IMG/VR virus record: IMGVR_UViG_2925897562_000003
DNA: 46,293 nt
Reading direction: 5' to 3' (one strand)
Source: a virus
Lineage: Duplodnaviria > Heunggongvirae > Uroviricota > Caudoviricetes
Part shown: positions 1 through 12,411 of the stretch, in pieces
Layout: every line of letters begins with the position of its first letter
Numbering within the stretch: position 1 is the first letter of the stretch
Translations under genes and position numbers: made by a program
The notes under the pieces: model-generated
The model's input: the letters and a program-made list of their open reading frames with translations, nothing else
Databases searched by the model: none
What the model was told of the DNA's origin: nothing

Positions 1-1209
1 ATGTCGGTTTTTCATAACTGGCTGCTTGATATCGCAAGCGGGAATTACTTTATCTACATCAAACGCCTTTCTGCAAACGACACAGGCGCAACAGGTGGCC
101 ATCAGGTCGGACTTTATATCCCCTCAAATATCGTTGAAAAGCTTTTTCCATCTATCAATCATACTCGCGAACTGAACCCTTCAGTCTTCCTTACTGCGCA
201 TGTATCATCCCATGATTGCCCTGATACCCAAGCACGCGCAATTTATTACAACAACCGTTATTTTGGTAAGACCCGAAACGAAAAAAGAATTACGCGCTGG
301 GGGAGAGGAAGTCCATTACAGAACCCTGAAAATACAGGAGCCCTCACAATTCTTGCTTTCAGGTTAAACGAACAGAACACTGACTGTTCCGAGGTAGATA
401 TATGGGTCTGCGTCAATCCCGATGAAGAGGATATCATCGAGTCTGCTATTGGCGAAATCATACCTGGAACCCTAATTTCCGGCCCTGCCGGACAAATTTT
501 GGGCGGATTGTCTCTTCAGCAAACTCCAGTAAATCATAAATATGTTATTCCTGAAGACTGGAAGAAGCGTTTTCCTTCTGGAAACGAAATTATTCAATAT
601 GCTGCTGGCCATTATGCTAAAAACTCCAAGGATCCAGATGAGCAACTGATTGACCGTCGGCGTGTCGAGTATGATATTTTTCTACTCGTCGAGGAATTAC
701 ATGTTCTTGATATTATTAAGAAAGGATTCGATTCTGTAGATGAGTTTATTGCATTAGCCAACTCTGTCAGTAATCGACGTAAATCAAGGGCAGGCAAATC
801 ACTTGAACTTCACCTAGAGAAGCTTTTTATCGAGCACGGACTACGGCATTTCTCCACTCAGGCAGTTACTGAAGGTAATAAAAAACCAGATTTCCTGTTT
901 CCTTCAGCAGAGGCATATCATAACGTTGAATTTCCTGTAGAAAACTTACGTATGCTGGCAGTAAAGACCACCTGCAAAGATCGCTGGCGTCAGATACTGA
1001 ATGAAGCAGATAAAATCCATCAGGTACATTTATTTACACTGCAAGAAGGTGTTTCTTCAGCACAATACCGAGAAATGAAAGATGCGGGTGTCAGACTCGT
1101 TGTACCATCAACTTTACATAAAAAATACCCAGAAGCAGTTAGAGAAGAATTAATAACGCTCGGAGCATTCATTACTGAGCTGATAGAGCTTTACGCTGAA
1201 CTATCATAG
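1..1209 (+). CDS. ecoRIIR: Type II (IIE) restriction endonuclease, EcoRII-like
   Basis: 402-aa ORF starting at window position 1; N-terminus MSVFHNWLL...YIKRLSANDTGATGGHQVGLYIP matches my recollection of R.EcoRII (about 404 aa); convergent with a Dcm-like methyltransferase 35 bp downstream. Confidence 0.8.
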   Translation: MSVFHNWLLDIASGNYFIYIKRLSANDTGATGGHQVGLYIPSNIVEKLFPSINHTRELNPSVFLTAHVSSHDCPDTQARAIYYNNRYFGKTRNEKRITRWGRGSPLQNPENTGALTILAFRLNEQNTDCSEVDIWVCVNPDEEDIIESAIGEIIPGTLISGPAGQILGGLSLQQTPVNHKYVIPEDWKKRFPSGNEIIQYAAGHYAKNSKDPDEQLIDRRRVEYDIFLLVEELHVLDIIKKGFDSVDEFIALANSVSNRRKSRAGKSLELHLEKLFIEHGLRHFSTQAVTEGNKKPDFLFPSAEAYHNVEFPVENLRMLAVKTTCKDRWRQILNEADKIHQVHLFTLQEGVSSAQYREMKDAGVRLVVPSTLHKKYPEAVREELITLGAFITELIELYAELS

Positions 1210-1214
1210 GCTGA

Positions 1215-1237
1215 CTCCCGGCTTAAAAGGCCGGGAG
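1215..1237. terminator. Hairpin between convergent R and M genes (CTCCCGGC-ttaaaag-GCCGGGAG); no clear U-tract on either side
   Basis: Perfect 8-bp inverted repeat read directly between the R stop (1207-1209) and M stop (1244-1246). Confidence 0.35.
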
Positions 1238-1243
1238 ATGTTC

Positions 1244-2677
1244 TCAAGGCTGCCCAGTCTTACCAGCATCAGCAGAAACAGCTTTGAGGATATAGGGTTC
1301 CAGAAGTCTGGCAACAGCTTCAAATACTGGCACCACAACTGAGTTACCGAACTGCCGATATGACTGAGTATCTGAAACCGGAATACGGAATGGTTTCCCT
1401 CCAGGTTTTTCAAATCCCATAAGGCGTGCGCACTCTCGGGGAGTCAGCCTGCGTGGTCGACGAGCCTGATTACTCTCATTCATAAAGTCAGCCTCTCCCG
1501 TTGCCATATCCCAACCACGATCAATAAGAATTTCTGATCCGTCTTTGTGATATCTGGCAGAAAGTGTGCGTGCAATGCTTTCCTTATTCTCAGGATTGAC
1601 CAACCCAAAGCCAAAACCATTCCCCTTGGCTGCATGCTTTTTGGCGTAGTTATAAAGGTACTCCCATAGTTTTGGCGTAAGTATATATTTACTGTCGACT
1701 ACAGGCTCCAGCAATTCACCAAATGATGGGCGGTGTTCCGGATAAAAACGACTGATATCACGCAAGGTAAACCCCTTGTGAATATTCAGATCTCGTCTAA
1801 ATCCGACCAGAACAATACGTTCACGATGCTGAGGCAAAAAATGCTTCCCATCGATAATCTTTGGATCGTTTTTTCCCATTTCTGCAGCATCGGCAACTTC
1901 GTAGCCCAGCTCGTCAAGGGTCTCCATAATGACTTTGAAAGTTTTACCCTTATCATGGCTCTTCAGATTTTTGACATTTTCCAGCACAAAAATTGCCGGT
2001 TTTTTTGCTCGTATAATACGTGCCACGTCAAAAAAAAGTGTTCCTTGTGCTTCACATTCAAAACCATGCGCACGACCAAGTGAGTTTTTCTTACTAACAC
2101 CAGCAAGGCTAAATGGCTGGCACGGGAACCCCGCAAGAAGCACATCATGATCCGGCACATGCTCATCAATATATGCATAAGCATCCGTTTCCAATACATC
2201 GGTTTTATCACTCAGCGTGACTTCCCGAATATCGAGATTGAATTTATGCACCTGTTCATCGTTAAACCAGTTGGCCTTGTATGTACGCACAGCATCTTTA
2301 TTCCATTCACTGGTAAAAACACACTGGCCTCCAATGGCCTCAAAACCTTTCCGTATCCCTCCAATTCCAGCAAATAAGTCAATGAAGCGGAAAGCATATT
2401 CCGGATGGTTTGCAGGTGGTTCTGGTAGCATCTTACGCAGAAGAGACTCTTCTACTGAAGTCAACGATTTTGGTAAACACTTGCCATTAATCCAGCGGTT
2501 AATGGTTTCACGGCTCCACTCATTTTTTCCGACTTTTCTCAGTAATTCAGCCACATACTTCTGATCATAGATTTCCAGCACTTTCTCGATAAGCTTTTTA
2601 TCATTTTCCTGTCGCAGCTTTTCTTCCGCCTCGGCTTCCTTCAGCAGATGCTGTGCCAACACTTCAAATTCAGACAT
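1244..2677 (-). CDS. ecoRIIM: DNA cytosine-5 methyltransferase, Dcm / M.EcoRII-like (CCWGG family)
   Basis: Motifs FAGIGG, PCQPFS, ENVKNL, QFGNSV and near-identity along its length to my recollection of E. coli Dcm; ATG at 2677 gives 477 aa (ORF track begins 14 codons upstream at 2719). Confidence 0.9.
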   Translation of the reverse strand: MSEFEVLAQHLLKEAEAEEKLRQENDKKLIEKVLEIYDQKYVAELLRKVGKNEWSRETINRWINGKCLPKSLTSVEESLLRKMLPEPPANHPEYAFRFIDLFAGIGGIRKGFEAIGGQCVFTSEWNKDAVRTYKANWFNDEQVHKFNLDIREVTLSDKTDVLETDAYAYIDEHVPDHDVLLAGFPCQPFSLAGVSKKNSLGRAHGFECEAQGTLFFDVARIIRAKKPAIFVLENVKNLKSHDKGKTFKVIMETLDELGYEVADAAEMGKNDPKIIDGKHFLPQHRERIVLVGFRRDLNIHKGFTLRDISRFYPEHRPSFGELLEPVVDSKYILTPKLWEYLYNYAKKHAAKGNGFGFGLVNPENKESIARTLSARYHKDGSEILIDRGWDMATGEADFMNESNQARRPRRLTPRECARLMGFEKPGGKPFRIPVSDTQSYRQFGNSVVVPVFEAVARLLEPYILKAVSADAGKTGQP

Positions 2678-3038
2678 AATTCCTCCAAGGGGTCTAATGG
2701 GTGAAACTTTATCACTCATTCAACCCAGAAGGAAATGTTTTATCTGGATATTTAAACAGTGACTACAACGTAATCTAGCACTGGTGATGCTTTGTTAGGC
2801 ATAGAGAATCATTCTATATACGACTAATGACAGAAAAACAGCAGACAAGTAGTTTGTTCATAAATTAACGCATACTATGTGTCTACGGTTTTCGAGACCG
2901 GTCCAATCATCAAACGAAACATAAAATTAGCTCACATTATGAGGAAAAGTATCTTTTTTGTACTATGTAAATTCAAAGGCTTAGCCTCATTTCTCCGATG
3001 GTTTTCTCAACACTACTGGTTGTGAGCCCTTGCAATGA

Positions 3039-3857
<819 letters not shown>

Positions 3858-3876
3858 GTCTTTAAGTGATAAGCAT

Positions 3877-3924
3877 AAACCGCAGCACGTCATGCATACG
3901 TCGTGTCTGCGGTTTTTCTTTTTT
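3877..3924 (+). terminator. Rho-independent terminator after the GIY-YIG gene (stem AACCGCAG/CTGCGGTT followed by TTTTTCTTTTTT)
   Basis: Hairpin plus long T-tract read directly; ends just before the tfa stop on the opposite strand. Confidence 0.5.
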
Positions 3925-3926
3925 GC

Positions 3927-4511
3927 TTACACGGTGTCTGGTTCTTCTGGCCACTCAATATCCGGTGCAGTTGATGTATCAACACGGTTCAGCAACACCC
4001 GATACTTTTTCCAGGCTTCCAGCAATGAGGTTTCTTCCTCCGTTGCGATTTCCAGATCTACAGCATCCTGAAGTGGCGCAATATGCTCACTGGCTACCTG
4101 CATCAGGCTGTTTTTTGTTTCTTCTGCCTCCCGGATCCGGAACAGTTTTTCTGCTTCCGTATCCTTCACCCAGGCTGTGCCGTTCCACTTCTGATATTCC
4201 CCTCCCGGCGACAACCAGGTAACATTTTCCGGTAACGGACCGAGTTCAGAAATAAATAACGCGTCGCCGGAAGCCACGTCATAAACCGTTTTACCCCGAT
4301 GGTCTTCAACGAGATGCCACGATGCCTCATCACTGTTGAAAACAGCCACGAAGCCTGCCGGAATATCTGGTGGTGCAATATCGGTACTGTTTGCTGGCAG
4401 ACCTGTATGAGGCGGAATATATGCGTCACCTTCACCAATAAATTCATTAGTTCCGGCCAGCAGATTATAAATTTTTATGGTCCGTGTTTGTTCACTCATT
4501 CTGAATGCCAT
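3927..4511 (-). CDS. tfa: Tail fiber assembly protein (lambda Tfa-like)
   Basis: 194 aa immediately downstream of stf; composition and position typical of lambdoid Tfa. Confidence 0.8.
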   Translation of the reverse strand: MAFRMSEQTRTIKIYNLLAGTNEFIGEGDAYIPPHTGLPANSTDIAPPDIPAGFVAVFNSDEASWHLVEDHRGKTVYDVASGDALFISELGPLPENVTWLSPGGEYQKWNGTAWVKDTEAEKLFRIREAEETKNSLMQVASEHIAPLQDAVDLEIATEEETSLLEAWKKYRVLLNRVDTSTAPDIEWPEEPDTV

Positions 4512-7471
4512 TATGCAAGCCTCACAATATAGTTAAATGCGATGTTTTTGACGGTGTTTTCCGCGTTACCAGCAGCGTTAACGGTGATGGTGTGTCCATG
4601 TGAACCAATCGCAACGGAGTGCGTATGAGCACCAATACCGACAGTATGCGCGTGTGCACCTGCAGATGCTGCTGTGCCGGACAGTGAATGGCTATGATTA
4701 CCATCTGTACTGGTATTCGCTAACCACCCCGTAGACATACCTACTGAGCCTTGTACACCCCAGGTATTTTGACCTGAGCTTGTATAACCATATTGATAAG
4801 TATCTTTAAAAACACTGGGGTTAAATCGACGGCCATCTCTATGGCTGTGATTACCAGCTGCATTCGTGCTGCCACTTAAACTATGGGTATGCGCACCAGT
4901 GTTATTCGTGGATTTAGTGCCGTAATCAAACGACGATGTGGTTTTCGTCCCCAAATCCGTACTGGATGCGCTGGCGCTGTGGGTATGCGATTTAATGCCG
5001 TCCTGTTCCTGAGACAATACGGCCCGACCACTGGCAGGTTTGCCCTTAATCGTCCAGCCACGCATATCAGGGATCACGCCTGACGGATAAGCGGCTGCAA
5101 GTTTCGGGTATGCAGATTTGTCAAAAGTCTGCCCCTGCATCAGGGCATAGCCAGACGGAACGGTATCTGATGGCCACGGGATTGGTGCGCCAGGCGGATA
5201 AAACTGCTCTGATGGCGTATAGAGTGAATAAACTGTACCGTCCGTTAACCCTTCCGGCTTATTAGCAGAATATGCTGGTGACGTATGAATCGTCACGCTG
5301 GCATTACTGGTATAATCCCATTGAATATTTACACCAGTCGCATAATTTCCGATTGCAACGTAAATATCGTAAGTATCACCAGATGTATTGACCCAGGCAA
5401 AATTTGTAAACCCTGTCGATGTGCGCTGCCATAAAGCACCAGTAATCCCCTTCGGATTACCATTACCTGCACGTAAAACAAGTTCAGATATACCTGCCTG
5501 TTGAGGTGACCCCACGTTAAATCCAGCGCCACCAATCAACGTAATTGAAACAACAGAACTCGCCTGTGGCATGGTTACCGTTGCTAATTTGAACCAACCA
5601 GCACCACCGCTGAATGACATTGTTGTTGAGTTAAGCGTACCAATATCTTTCGGCGTCAGTGTTATATCCGCTGAAAGCGCCTTACCATTCACCTTACGGG
5701 CAGAAGGTACCCGACCATTCGCATTGTCATTAGCTGCTTTCACTGCTTTCGGTGTCGCAGCAAGCGTTTCAGATGTGCTGTTGGTTGCACTACTGAGCTG
5801 GACAATTCCTTTTTGTGCTGTCGTAGCGTCCTGTGCGGTGTATTTCCCGTTAGCCAGGTCATACGCGGCCTTAACGGCTTTTGGCGTTGCCGCCTGTGAC
5901 TCGGAAGTGCTGTTAGTCGCACTGCTGAGCTGAACTATCCCTTTCTGTGCTGTCGTTGCATCCTGTGCGGTGTATTTCCCGTTAGCCAGGTCATACGCGG
6001 CCTTAACGGCTTTTGGCGTTGCCGCCTGTGACTCGGAAGTGCTGTTGGTCGCACTGCTGAGCTGTACTATCCCCTTTTTCGTCGTGCTCGCATCCTCAAG
6101 CGCCACGGCGGATGCAATATCCTCTGCCCGTTTTGCTGCTGTCTCGGCGCGCGTTGCCGCGGATTCCGCCGTACTTTTGCTCTGTGCTGCCGCTGCCGCA
6201 CTGCCAGCAGCCTCTGTCGCCTTCGTGGATGCCGTCGTGGCGCTGCCCCTCGCTGCTGACGCCTGTCTGGTCGCCTCATCTTTTGAAGCAGACGCAGATG
6301 ATGCCGATGACGCCGCCGAACTGGCGGACGATGCGGCAGCCGTTTTTGAGGATTCTGCGCTGGTTTCCGACGCTTTCGCGTTCGTTTCGGATGTCTTCGC
6401 TGCGGAAGCAGACCTCGCTGCTGCGCTGGCCTGTTCAGTGGCTTCGCCAGCCTTCGTTGTGGCTGTTGAAGCGGATGATGCGGCGCTTTCTGCCGATTTT
6501 CCGGCGGCGGTGGCACTGACTGCTGCCTCCTCTGCCTTAATGGACGCCTCACGGGCCGATGATGCAGCTGCTGTCTCAGAGTCTGCCGCAGCTGAGGCGC
6601 TCTGTTCCGCTGCCGTTTCAGAAGACCTGGCATTCGTCTCGGACGTTTTTGCCGCCTTCACGGAATTTCCTGCCGCCGTTGCCGAGGAGGCTGCACTGCT
6701 GGCGCTTGTGGAGGCGTTCGTTTCTGATGATTTTGCCGCCTCTTTGGAGGCCGCCGCATCTCTGGCTGAAGTGGCGGCTTCTGACGCTTTCGTCGTCGCA
6801 GTGGATGCAGAAGTGGCTGCTGATTTTTGTGACGCTGCAGCATTCGTTTCTGACGTTTTCGCCGCACCGGCACTGGTGGCCGCCGCGCTTTTTGAGGACT
6901 CTGCAGCGGCAGCACTTTTTGATGCTTCAGTGGCCTTTGTTGATGCCGTTCCTGCGCTGGAAGACGCCTCCTGAGCCGAAGTCGCGGCCTGTCCGGCTGA
7001 CGTGCTGGCTGCACGCGCTGAGCCTGCAGCATCAGTCGCATGGGTTGCCGCCTCACGGGCAGATGTGCCGGCATCACTGGCTGACTTCTTCGCGGCTGCC
7101 GTGTTCTGTGCCACCGCGGACGCGTTACGCGCCACCTCTTCCACCATCAGTTCAAAACGGCGCAGAGCCTCAGGACGGGCATCATCCTCTGTCATGGCAC
7201 CGAGAAAATCATTCAGCGTACCGGGTTGAGAATCTTCATACACGGTAATGGTCCCGGCATGTGATGGCGGGAATCCCTCCACCAACAGACTGACGCTGTA
7301 CTGACCATACTCGACGTCCATTGTGTAACGCCCGGCTTCATCCGGGTTTTCTGAGGCCACTGTGTTCACCACCACCGTGGTGCTGTTGCGCCTGGCCTTT
7401 AGCTGAATGGTGCAGTTTTGTATCGGCTTACCTGCGCCATCTTTCAGTACACCTGAAATCCGTACTGCCAT
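4511..7471 (-). CDS. stf: Side tail fiber protein (lambda Stf-like) with expanded repeat region
   Basis: N-terminus [26 protein letters not shown] and C-terminal His-rich GAHTHS/HSH repeats match lambda Stf; Ala/Ser/Thr-rich central region; three 44-aa repeats [15 protein letters not shown]... Confidence 0.85.
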   Translation of the reverse strand: MAVRISGVLKDGAGKPIQNCTIQLKARRNSTTVVVNTVASENPDEAGRYTMDVEYGQYSVSLLVEGFPPSHAGTITVYEDSQPGTLNDFLGAMTEDDARPEALRRFELMVEEVARNASAVAQNTAAAKKSASDAGTSAREAATHATDAAGSARAASTSAGQAATSAQEASSSAGTASTKATEASKSAAAAESSKSAAATSAGAAKTSETNAAASQKSAATSASTATTKASEAATSARDAAASKEAAKSSETNASTSASSAASSATAAGNSVKAAKTSETNARSSETAAEQSASAAADSETAAASSAREASIKAEEAAVSATAAGKSAESAASSASTATTKAGEATEQASAAARSASAAKTSETNAKASETSAESSKTAAASSASSAASSASSASASKDEATRQASAARGSATTASTKATEAAGSAAAAAQSKSTAESAATRAETAAKRAEDIASAVALEDASTTKKGIVQLSSATNSTSESQAATPKAVKAAYDLANGKYTAQDATTAQKGIVQLSSATNSTSESQAATPKAVKAAYDLANGKYTAQDATTAQKGIVQLSSATNSTSETLAATPKAVKAANDNANGRVPSARKVNGKALSADITLTPKDIGTLNSTTMSFSGGAGWFKLATVTMPQASSVVSITLIGGAGFNVGSPQQAGISELVLRAGNGNPKGITGALWQRTSTGFTNFAWVNTSGDTYDIYVAIGNYATGVNIQWDYTSNASVTIHTSPAYSANKPEGLTDGTVYSLYTPSEQFYPPGAPIPWPSDTVPSGYALMQGQTFDKSAYPKLAAAYPSGVIPDMRGWTIKGKPASGRAVLSQEQDGIKSHTHSASASSTDLGTKTTSSFDYGTKSTNNTGAHTHSLSGSTNAAGNHSHRDGRRFNPSVFKDTYQYGYTSSGQNTWGVQGSVGMSTGWLANTSTDGNHSHSLSGTAASAGAHAHTVGIGAHTHSVAIGSHGHTITVNAAGNAENTVKNIAFNYIVRLA
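5730..6125. repeat. Tandem 132-bp direct repeats (about three copies, first copy diverged) inside stf
   Basis: Identical blocks ...tagccaggtcatacgcggccttaacggcttttggcgttgccgcctgtgactcggaagtgctgtt... begin at 5851 and 5983 (period 132 bp). Confidence 0.7.
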
Positions 7472-7482
7472 ATTCCCCCCAC

Positions 7483-7509
7483 AAAAAAGCCCGCCTGAAC
7501 CGGCGGGCT
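7483..7509 (-). terminator. Rho-independent terminator downstream of lom (stem AGCCCGCC/GGCGGGCT then T-tract on minus strand)
   Basis: 8-bp perfect stem with 6-nt loop followed on the minus strand by TTTTTTGT; lies between the lom stop and the stf start. Confidence 0.5.
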
Positions 7510-7535
7510 GTCATAACACTGTGTTACCTGGCTAA

Positions 7536-8135
7536 TCAGAATTTATAACCGACACCAACGATGAAACTGTTGGTACGCCAGTCACCGCTGCCGGAGCCTT
7601 CATAAGCAATATCAATGGCCACGGATTCGGTCGGGTTAAACTGCACGCCAGCTCCCCACGCCAGAGACGTGTTGCTGTGGCGACCGTCATCACTTCCGGT
7701 CAGCACGTCGTGCGTTTTCCCCTTGTTGTCAGTTACGCGGAGATAATCCCCGGAGAAAGTCGACACACGGCTGTAAGCCACACCCGCCATCGCATACGCG
7801 CTGAACCATTCATTCACGCGCACAGACGGCCCCGCCATTACGCTGAACCAGCGGTTACGAACGGAATCTTCATGCCAGCGAGTATCGCTGTAATGGGTCA
7901 GCTGGCGATTCTTGTCTCCTGCATAGCTGAATGACGTCACCAGCCCCAGCGTATCCGTAAACTCATAACGGTATTTCACGTTAATCCCGTTCAGATCATC
8001 ACTGCCGGGAACGTTGGTCCGGGCATGAAGATACCCCGCGCTCAGCGTGGACTGATGTTCAGACGCCCATGCAGGCGCACCGGATACGGCCAGACAAATG
8101 GCTGCGGACAAAATGGCGGCACAAACTTTACGCAT
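7536..8135 (-). CDS. lom: Lom/Ail-family outer membrane beta-barrel protein
   Basis: 199 aa with signal peptide, C-terminal GYKF; position between J and stf as in lambda. Confidence 0.85.
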   Translation of the reverse strand: MRKVCAAILSAAICLAVSGAPAWASEHQSTLSAGYLHARTNVPGSDDLNGINVKYRYEFTDTLGLVTSFSYAGDKNRQLTHYSDTRWHEDSVRNRWFSVMAGPSVRVNEWFSAYAMAGVAYSRVSTFSGDYLRVTDNKGKTHDVLTGSDDGRHSNTSLAWGAGVQFNPTESVAIDIAYEGSGSGDWRTNSFIVGVGYKF

Positions 8136-8158
8136 AATTACCTCTCGCTTTTCTGCAA

Positions 8159-8183
8159 TAAAAAAGGCGTCATTCCTGACGCC
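8159..8183 (-). terminator. Rho-independent terminator downstream of J (stem GGCGTCA/TGACGCC then T-tract on minus strand)
   Basis: 7-bp stem, 4-nt loop, followed on the minus strand by TTTTTTATT. Confidence 0.5.
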
Positions 8184-8205
8184 ATTTATTGGGGTTATAA
8201 ATATT

Positions 8206-11200
8206 TCAACGAATACTGATGCCGGAAGCCGCTTTTTTGGTCACAATCACCGTACAGTCGGTGATATTGCCTGCCCCCTGATTGCCTTTCTGGAAAATCT
8301 TAAACTCCAGAGTGACGCTACCACCACCACTAGGCATATCAATAACTGCACTGTAACTACCGGGAATGGCCCCTTTAGTTTCTCTGGATGCGATTAATAC
8401 GCCGTTTTTGCGAACTTCAAAACCATAACCCGTGTATCGCGTGCCTCCCGGGTTATTTCCGCTCCCCGGATCGTCATACGCTATACCGTTAAAAATAATG
8501 GGCGGAATAATAATCTGGCGGTCAAAGTTATGATCATCGCTGATGGTGACTGTAACCGTACCGTTTGGTGTTTCCGTGTTACCCCACGTACCGACTTTTT
8601 TCGGGAAGGCTTTTGATACAGCTTTAACGAAATCTCCTCTGACCTGGGTCGCCTCCAGCATGCCCTTAATCGTACAGTTCTGGTTAATCGTGACATTGTT
8701 GAGCGTTCCTGAGTTCGCATTCACACTGCCACTGATATCCGCATTTTTCGCCGTCAGTCTCCCGTCTGATGTCAGGGAAAATGCCGGAGGATTACCGCCG
8801 CTGGTAATGGTGGGGGCCGTCAGGCGTTTCAGGAACACTTCATTCATGAATATCTGATCGCCCTGACCAACAAACATCGGCTTTGTGTTGCCATTCGCAG
8901 GATTAATCATCGCAATCCTGTCTGCTGCCAGCAGCACCTGACTCTGCATGCCGTCAGGGGTGTTCTCAATACCGGCACCGATACCCGCAATATAAAGGCG
9001 TCCGTCCTGCATCTGCTGCAGCTTCACTGCCCACATGCTGTTCAGGTTATTATTTGTATCAACCTGAACCTTCTGTATCTGCTGGATCGCTGCACTCTGG
9101 TCTTCCAGTTTCTTATTGACGGTCTGTGTTATTTCATTGCTGACATCCGTTATGGACGTCCTGATTTCAGTCAGGTCAGGCGCAAGCTGACCGTTATCAA
9201 TCTGCGTCCACAGCTCCTGAGCCAGATGGGTTTTCCCTATCTCGCCTTTGAAAAAATCCAGATAGCCTGATGCATCATCACTCGGCTGACCGACAGCCTC
9301 CACGAATGCCGATTTGCCAACGGTGTTCACACTGCGAACGTAAAAATAATAATCATGGCCCGGTTTGATATTGATACTGGCGGCTATCCAGTACAGTGCC
9401 GTACCAAGATAACGCGCGCTGGTTTCAACCTGCCTGATATCCGCAATCCGTTTTTCCGAGAACCAGAACTCAAACTGTACCGTCGGGTCATAAACCGCAA
9501 GATGCGGCGTGGCGGTTATCTGAAAATAGCCCGGCGTCAGCTCAATCCGCGACGGCGCTGCCGGTGCGGCAATCCGGAACGATACCGACGCCGGATCGCC
9601 CTGCTGCCCCCACGCATTTACTGCCCGGACTGTCAGCCTGTAGTTCCCCAGAGCCAGTTGTGTGAAGCGGTAAGTGGTTTCCGTCGTCCGGGCCGTGCTG
9701 ACCAGCCGCTCACGGCCGTCATCCGCTGCCACGGTCAGGCGAAGCAGGAAGCTCACGCCCTTCACCACCTTCGGCGTGTCCCAGCGCGCCAGCACCTGGT
9801 ATTCCCCGCTGTCTGCGGTGACTTCTGCGGTCAGGTGCTGCACCGCTGGCGGCGTGACACCATTTACCGTGCCGCTCTGGTCGCCGTCAAAGTGCGCCCC
9901 GTTATCCACGATGGCCTCTTTTTCCGGTACATGCTGCACGGCGGTGATGGCATACGTGCCGTCGTCGTTCTCACGGATACTCACGCAGCGGAACAGGCGC
10001 TGGCGCAACGTCGGCAGCTTCAGCCCCCATACGCTGTATTCAGCAACGCCGTCAGGAACACGGCTCACTTTCACCTTCACGCCGTCGGTGACGGACTGAA
10101 CCTCCACGCTGACCGGACTCCCCTGCCCGTCAACCAGGCTTATCAGCGTGGTGCCGGAAGATGGCAGCGTGATTTCACGGTCGAGCGTCAGCGTCCGGGT
10201 CTGGCTGTTTACCGCCAGCACGCGCCCGCCGGTGCGGATACCGGCATAGTCATCATCGCAGATTTCAATGACATCGCCCGGTACATGGCGAAGCCCTTCG
10301 GCACCCACGCTGAAGTCCACGGTCTGCGTTTCCAGCAGTTCTGTTTTAATCAGCCACAGCCCGGCGCGGTGTGCCTGCCCCCGGCTGGTACAGCCAAAAG
10401 CATCCATCTTCGTGACGTTACGACCGTAACGGGCAATGGCCTGCGTGTCCTCCACAAGCTCTGTCGCCGTCTCCCAGCCGTTATTCGGGTCAATCCAGTT
10501 CACCTCAACGGCATTATGGCGGTCCTTCAGGGCGCTGAAGCTGTAGCGGAACGGCGCACCATCATCCGGCATCACCACATTACTGCGGTTATAGGTCCAC
10601 ACCTTATCCGACGGTCGGTCCTGCACGAACGTCAGCGTCTGCCCGTTCCATACCGGCATACAGCGCATCGCAGAGCAGAAATCACTGAGCACATCCCACG
10701 CCTTGCGCTGTGTGGTCAGGTACGCATTACAGGTGATGCGCGGCTCCGTGCCGCCAAAACCGTCCGGCACCGACTGATCGCAATGCTGGCCGATGACATA
10801 CAGCGCCCATTTGTCCACATCCGCCGCACCAAGACGTTTCCCCATGCCGTAGCGCGGATGGGTCAGCATATCCCACAGACACCAGGCCATGTTGTTGCTG
10901 TATGCTGGCTTAAACGTTCCGTCCCAGATACCGCTGTATTGCCGCGTCTGCGGGTTATAGTTCGACGGCACCTGCAGAATGCGCCCGCGAAGATGATAAT
11001 TACGGCTCACCTGCTGGCTGCCGAACTGCTCCGAATCCACCTGTACGCCGACCAGTGCCGTATTCGGGTAGCCCTGTTTCACATCGATGATTTCGGTGTA
11101 TGACGACCAGAGCGTTTTGTTCTGCAGCTGGTCTGTGGTGCTGTCCGGCGTCATCCTGCGCATCCGGATATTAAACGGGCGCGGCGGCAGGTTATCCACC

Positions 11201-11703
11201 ACCACCGAGGCCAGATACTGCGAGGTGGTTTTGCCTTTAATGGTGATGTCTTTTTCCGTCACCCAGCCACCGTTACGTTGTATCTGAACCAGCAGGCGGA
11301 CTTCCGACGGATTCCGGTCACCCTTTGAAGTGGTTTCCACCAGTGCCTGCACACCGAAGGTAAAGCGCAGTCGGTCGATGTTTGCCGACGTAATGGTGCG
11401 GGTGATCGGCGTGTCATATTTCACTTCCGTACCCAGCACCGTCTCGGAACCGGAGGATTCAAACCCCTCCGGCGGAGTCTGCTCCTGCTCACCTGCCCGG
11501 AACACCACCGTGACACCGGAGATATTGGTATTCCCCTCACTGTCCAGCACCGGCGTACTGTTCAGCAGCACGCTTTTTAATCCATCCACCGGACCTTCAA
11601 CCGGCCCTTCGCTGATGGCATCGATCACACTCAGCAACTGCGTGGACTTCAGGTTGTCCTTCGCTTCGCGCGGGGTATGCCCCTTACTGCTTCCTTTACC
11701 CAT
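8206..11703 (-). CDS. J: Host specificity / central tail fiber protein J
   Basis: 1165 aa, lambda gpJ-like size, position and sequence ([18 protein letters not shown]...). Confidence 0.9.
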   Translation of the reverse strand: MGKGSSKGHTPREAKDNLKSTQLLSVIDAISEGPVEGPVDGLKSVLLNSTPVLDSEGNTNISGVTVVFRAGEQEQTPPEGFESSGSETVLGTEVKYDTPITRTITSANIDRLRFTFGVQALVETTSKGDRNPSEVRLLVQIQRNGGWVTEKDITIKGKTTSQYLASVVVDNLPPRPFNIRMRRMTPDSTTDQLQNKTLWSSYTEIIDVKQGYPNTALVGVQVDSEQFGSQQVSRNYHLRGRILQVPSNYNPQTRQYSGIWDGTFKPAYSNNMAWCLWDMLTHPRYGMGKRLGAADVDKWALYVIGQHCDQSVPDGFGGTEPRITCNAYLTTQRKAWDVLSDFCSAMRCMPVWNGQTLTFVQDRPSDKVWTYNRSNVVMPDDGAPFRYSFSALKDRHNAVEVNWIDPNNGWETATELVEDTQAIARYGRNVTKMDAFGCTSRGQAHRAGLWLIKTELLETQTVDFSVGAEGLRHVPGDVIEICDDDYAGIRTGGRVLAVNSQTRTLTLDREITLPSSGTTLISLVDGQGSPVSVEVQSVTDGVKVKVSRVPDGVAEYSVWGLKLPTLRQRLFRCVSIRENDDGTYAITAVQHVPEKEAIVDNGAHFDGDQSGTVNGVTPPAVQHLTAEVTADSGEYQVLARWDTPKVVKGVSFLLRLTVAADDGRERLVSTARTTETTYRFTQLALGNYRLTVRAVNAWGQQGDPASVSFRIAAPAAPSRIELTPGYFQITATPHLAVYDPTVQFEFWFSEKRIADIRQVETSARYLGTALYWIAASINIKPGHDYYFYVRSVNTVGKSAFVEAVGQPSDDASGYLDFFKGEIGKTHLAQELWTQIDNGQLAPDLTEIRTSITDVSNEITQTVNKKLEDQSAAIQQIQKVQVDTNNNLNSMWAVKLQQMQDGRLYIAGIGAGIENTPDGMQSQVLLAADRIAMINPANGNTKPMFVGQGDQIFMNEVFLKRLTAPTITSGGNPPAFSLTSDGRLTAKNADISGSVNANSGTLNNVTINQNCTIKGMLEATQVRGDFVKAVSKAFPKKVGTWGNTETPNGTVTVTISDDHNFDRQIIIPPIIFNGIAYDDPGSGNNPGGTRYTGYGFEVRKNGVLIASRETKGAIPGSYSAVIDMPSGGGSVTLEFKIFQKGNQGAGNITDCTVIVTKKAASGISIR

Positions 11704-11763
11704 TCCTCACGCTCCATAAATGATAAAACCGCCCGGAGGCGGTTTCACATAAAACATTTTGCA

Positions 11764-12411
11764 TCAGCGACCAATCACCACAACCTGACCACCGTCCCCT
11801 TCGTCTGCCGTGCTGATCTCCTGAGAAACCACGCGTGACCCCACGCGCATTTCACCGTACAGAACCGGCAGAACATTGCCCTGGGCAACCATGTTATCCA
11901 GTGAGGAGAAATAGGTGTTCTGTTTGCCGTTATCTGTACTTGCTGCCGTGGGCGTCCTGGCTTTCGGTGCCAGCATCTGCGCCACTCCGCCCAGGATCAT
12001 ACTGGCCCCTGCCGCATACATGCCCGATACAGCCGCGGCACCCAGCCAACTCACAGGATTCCACCATGCCACCGCAATCAGCGCCGCCCCAAGCACCACC
12101 TGAAACACACCGCCACTTTTAGCTCCCGCCAGACGCGGCACGATGTGGATCACGGCACCATTTGCCAGCGGCTCATTAAGACGGGCAGACAATTCGGTTT
12201 CACCTGCATCACGCCCGGCAATGCGTACCTGGTACCAGCCGTCGCTCAGTTTCTGACGAAACGCCGGGATCTGCATGGCCAGCGCCCGGATGGCTTCGGA
12301 CCCCGTTTTCACTCGAAGGTCGATGCGGCGGCCAAATCGTTGTAAATCCCCGTAAAGGCAGATGCGTGCCATGCCCGGTGACGCCAGAGGGAGTGTGTGC
12401 GTCGCTGCCAT
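11764..12411 (-). CDS. I: Tail assembly protein I
   Basis: 215 aa, position between K and J; lambda gpI-like. Confidence 0.8.
   Translation of the reverse strand: MAATHTLPLASPGMARICLYGDLQRFGRRIDLRVKTGSEAIRALAMQIPAFRQKLSDGWYQVRIAGRDAGETELSARLNEPLANGAVIHIVPRLAGAKSGGVFQVVLGAALIAVAWWNPVSWLGAAAVSGMYAAGASMILGGVAQMLAPKARTPTAASTDNGKQNTYFSSLDNMVAQGNVLPVLYGEMRVGSRVVSQEISTADEGDGGQVVVIGR

Noticed and set aside
2939-3025. 28-aa hydrophobic peptide ORF (MRKSIFFVLCKFKGLASFLRWFSQHYWL) in the M/GIY-YIG intergenic region
   Set aside because: No recognisable RBS and lies in a divergent promoter region; too short to support without conservation evidence.
5970-6974. 334-aa Ala-rich ORF (and neighbouring 120-aa ORF) antisense to stf
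   Set aside because: Generated by the tandem repeats and low-complexity Ala/Ser/Thr-coding region of stf; the stf reading frame matches lambda Stf along its length.
6067-7248. Several Arg/Pro/Gln-rich ORFs (188, 139, 229 aa) overlapping stf in other frames
   Set aside because: Low-complexity translations of the same repeat region; no independent signals.
9355-11103. 582-aa ORF on the plus strand antisense to gene J
   Set aside because: Lies entirely within the well-supported J gene on the opposite strand; Arg/Pro/Ala-rich composition typical of a shadow frame in GC-rich coding DNA; no RBS or operon context.
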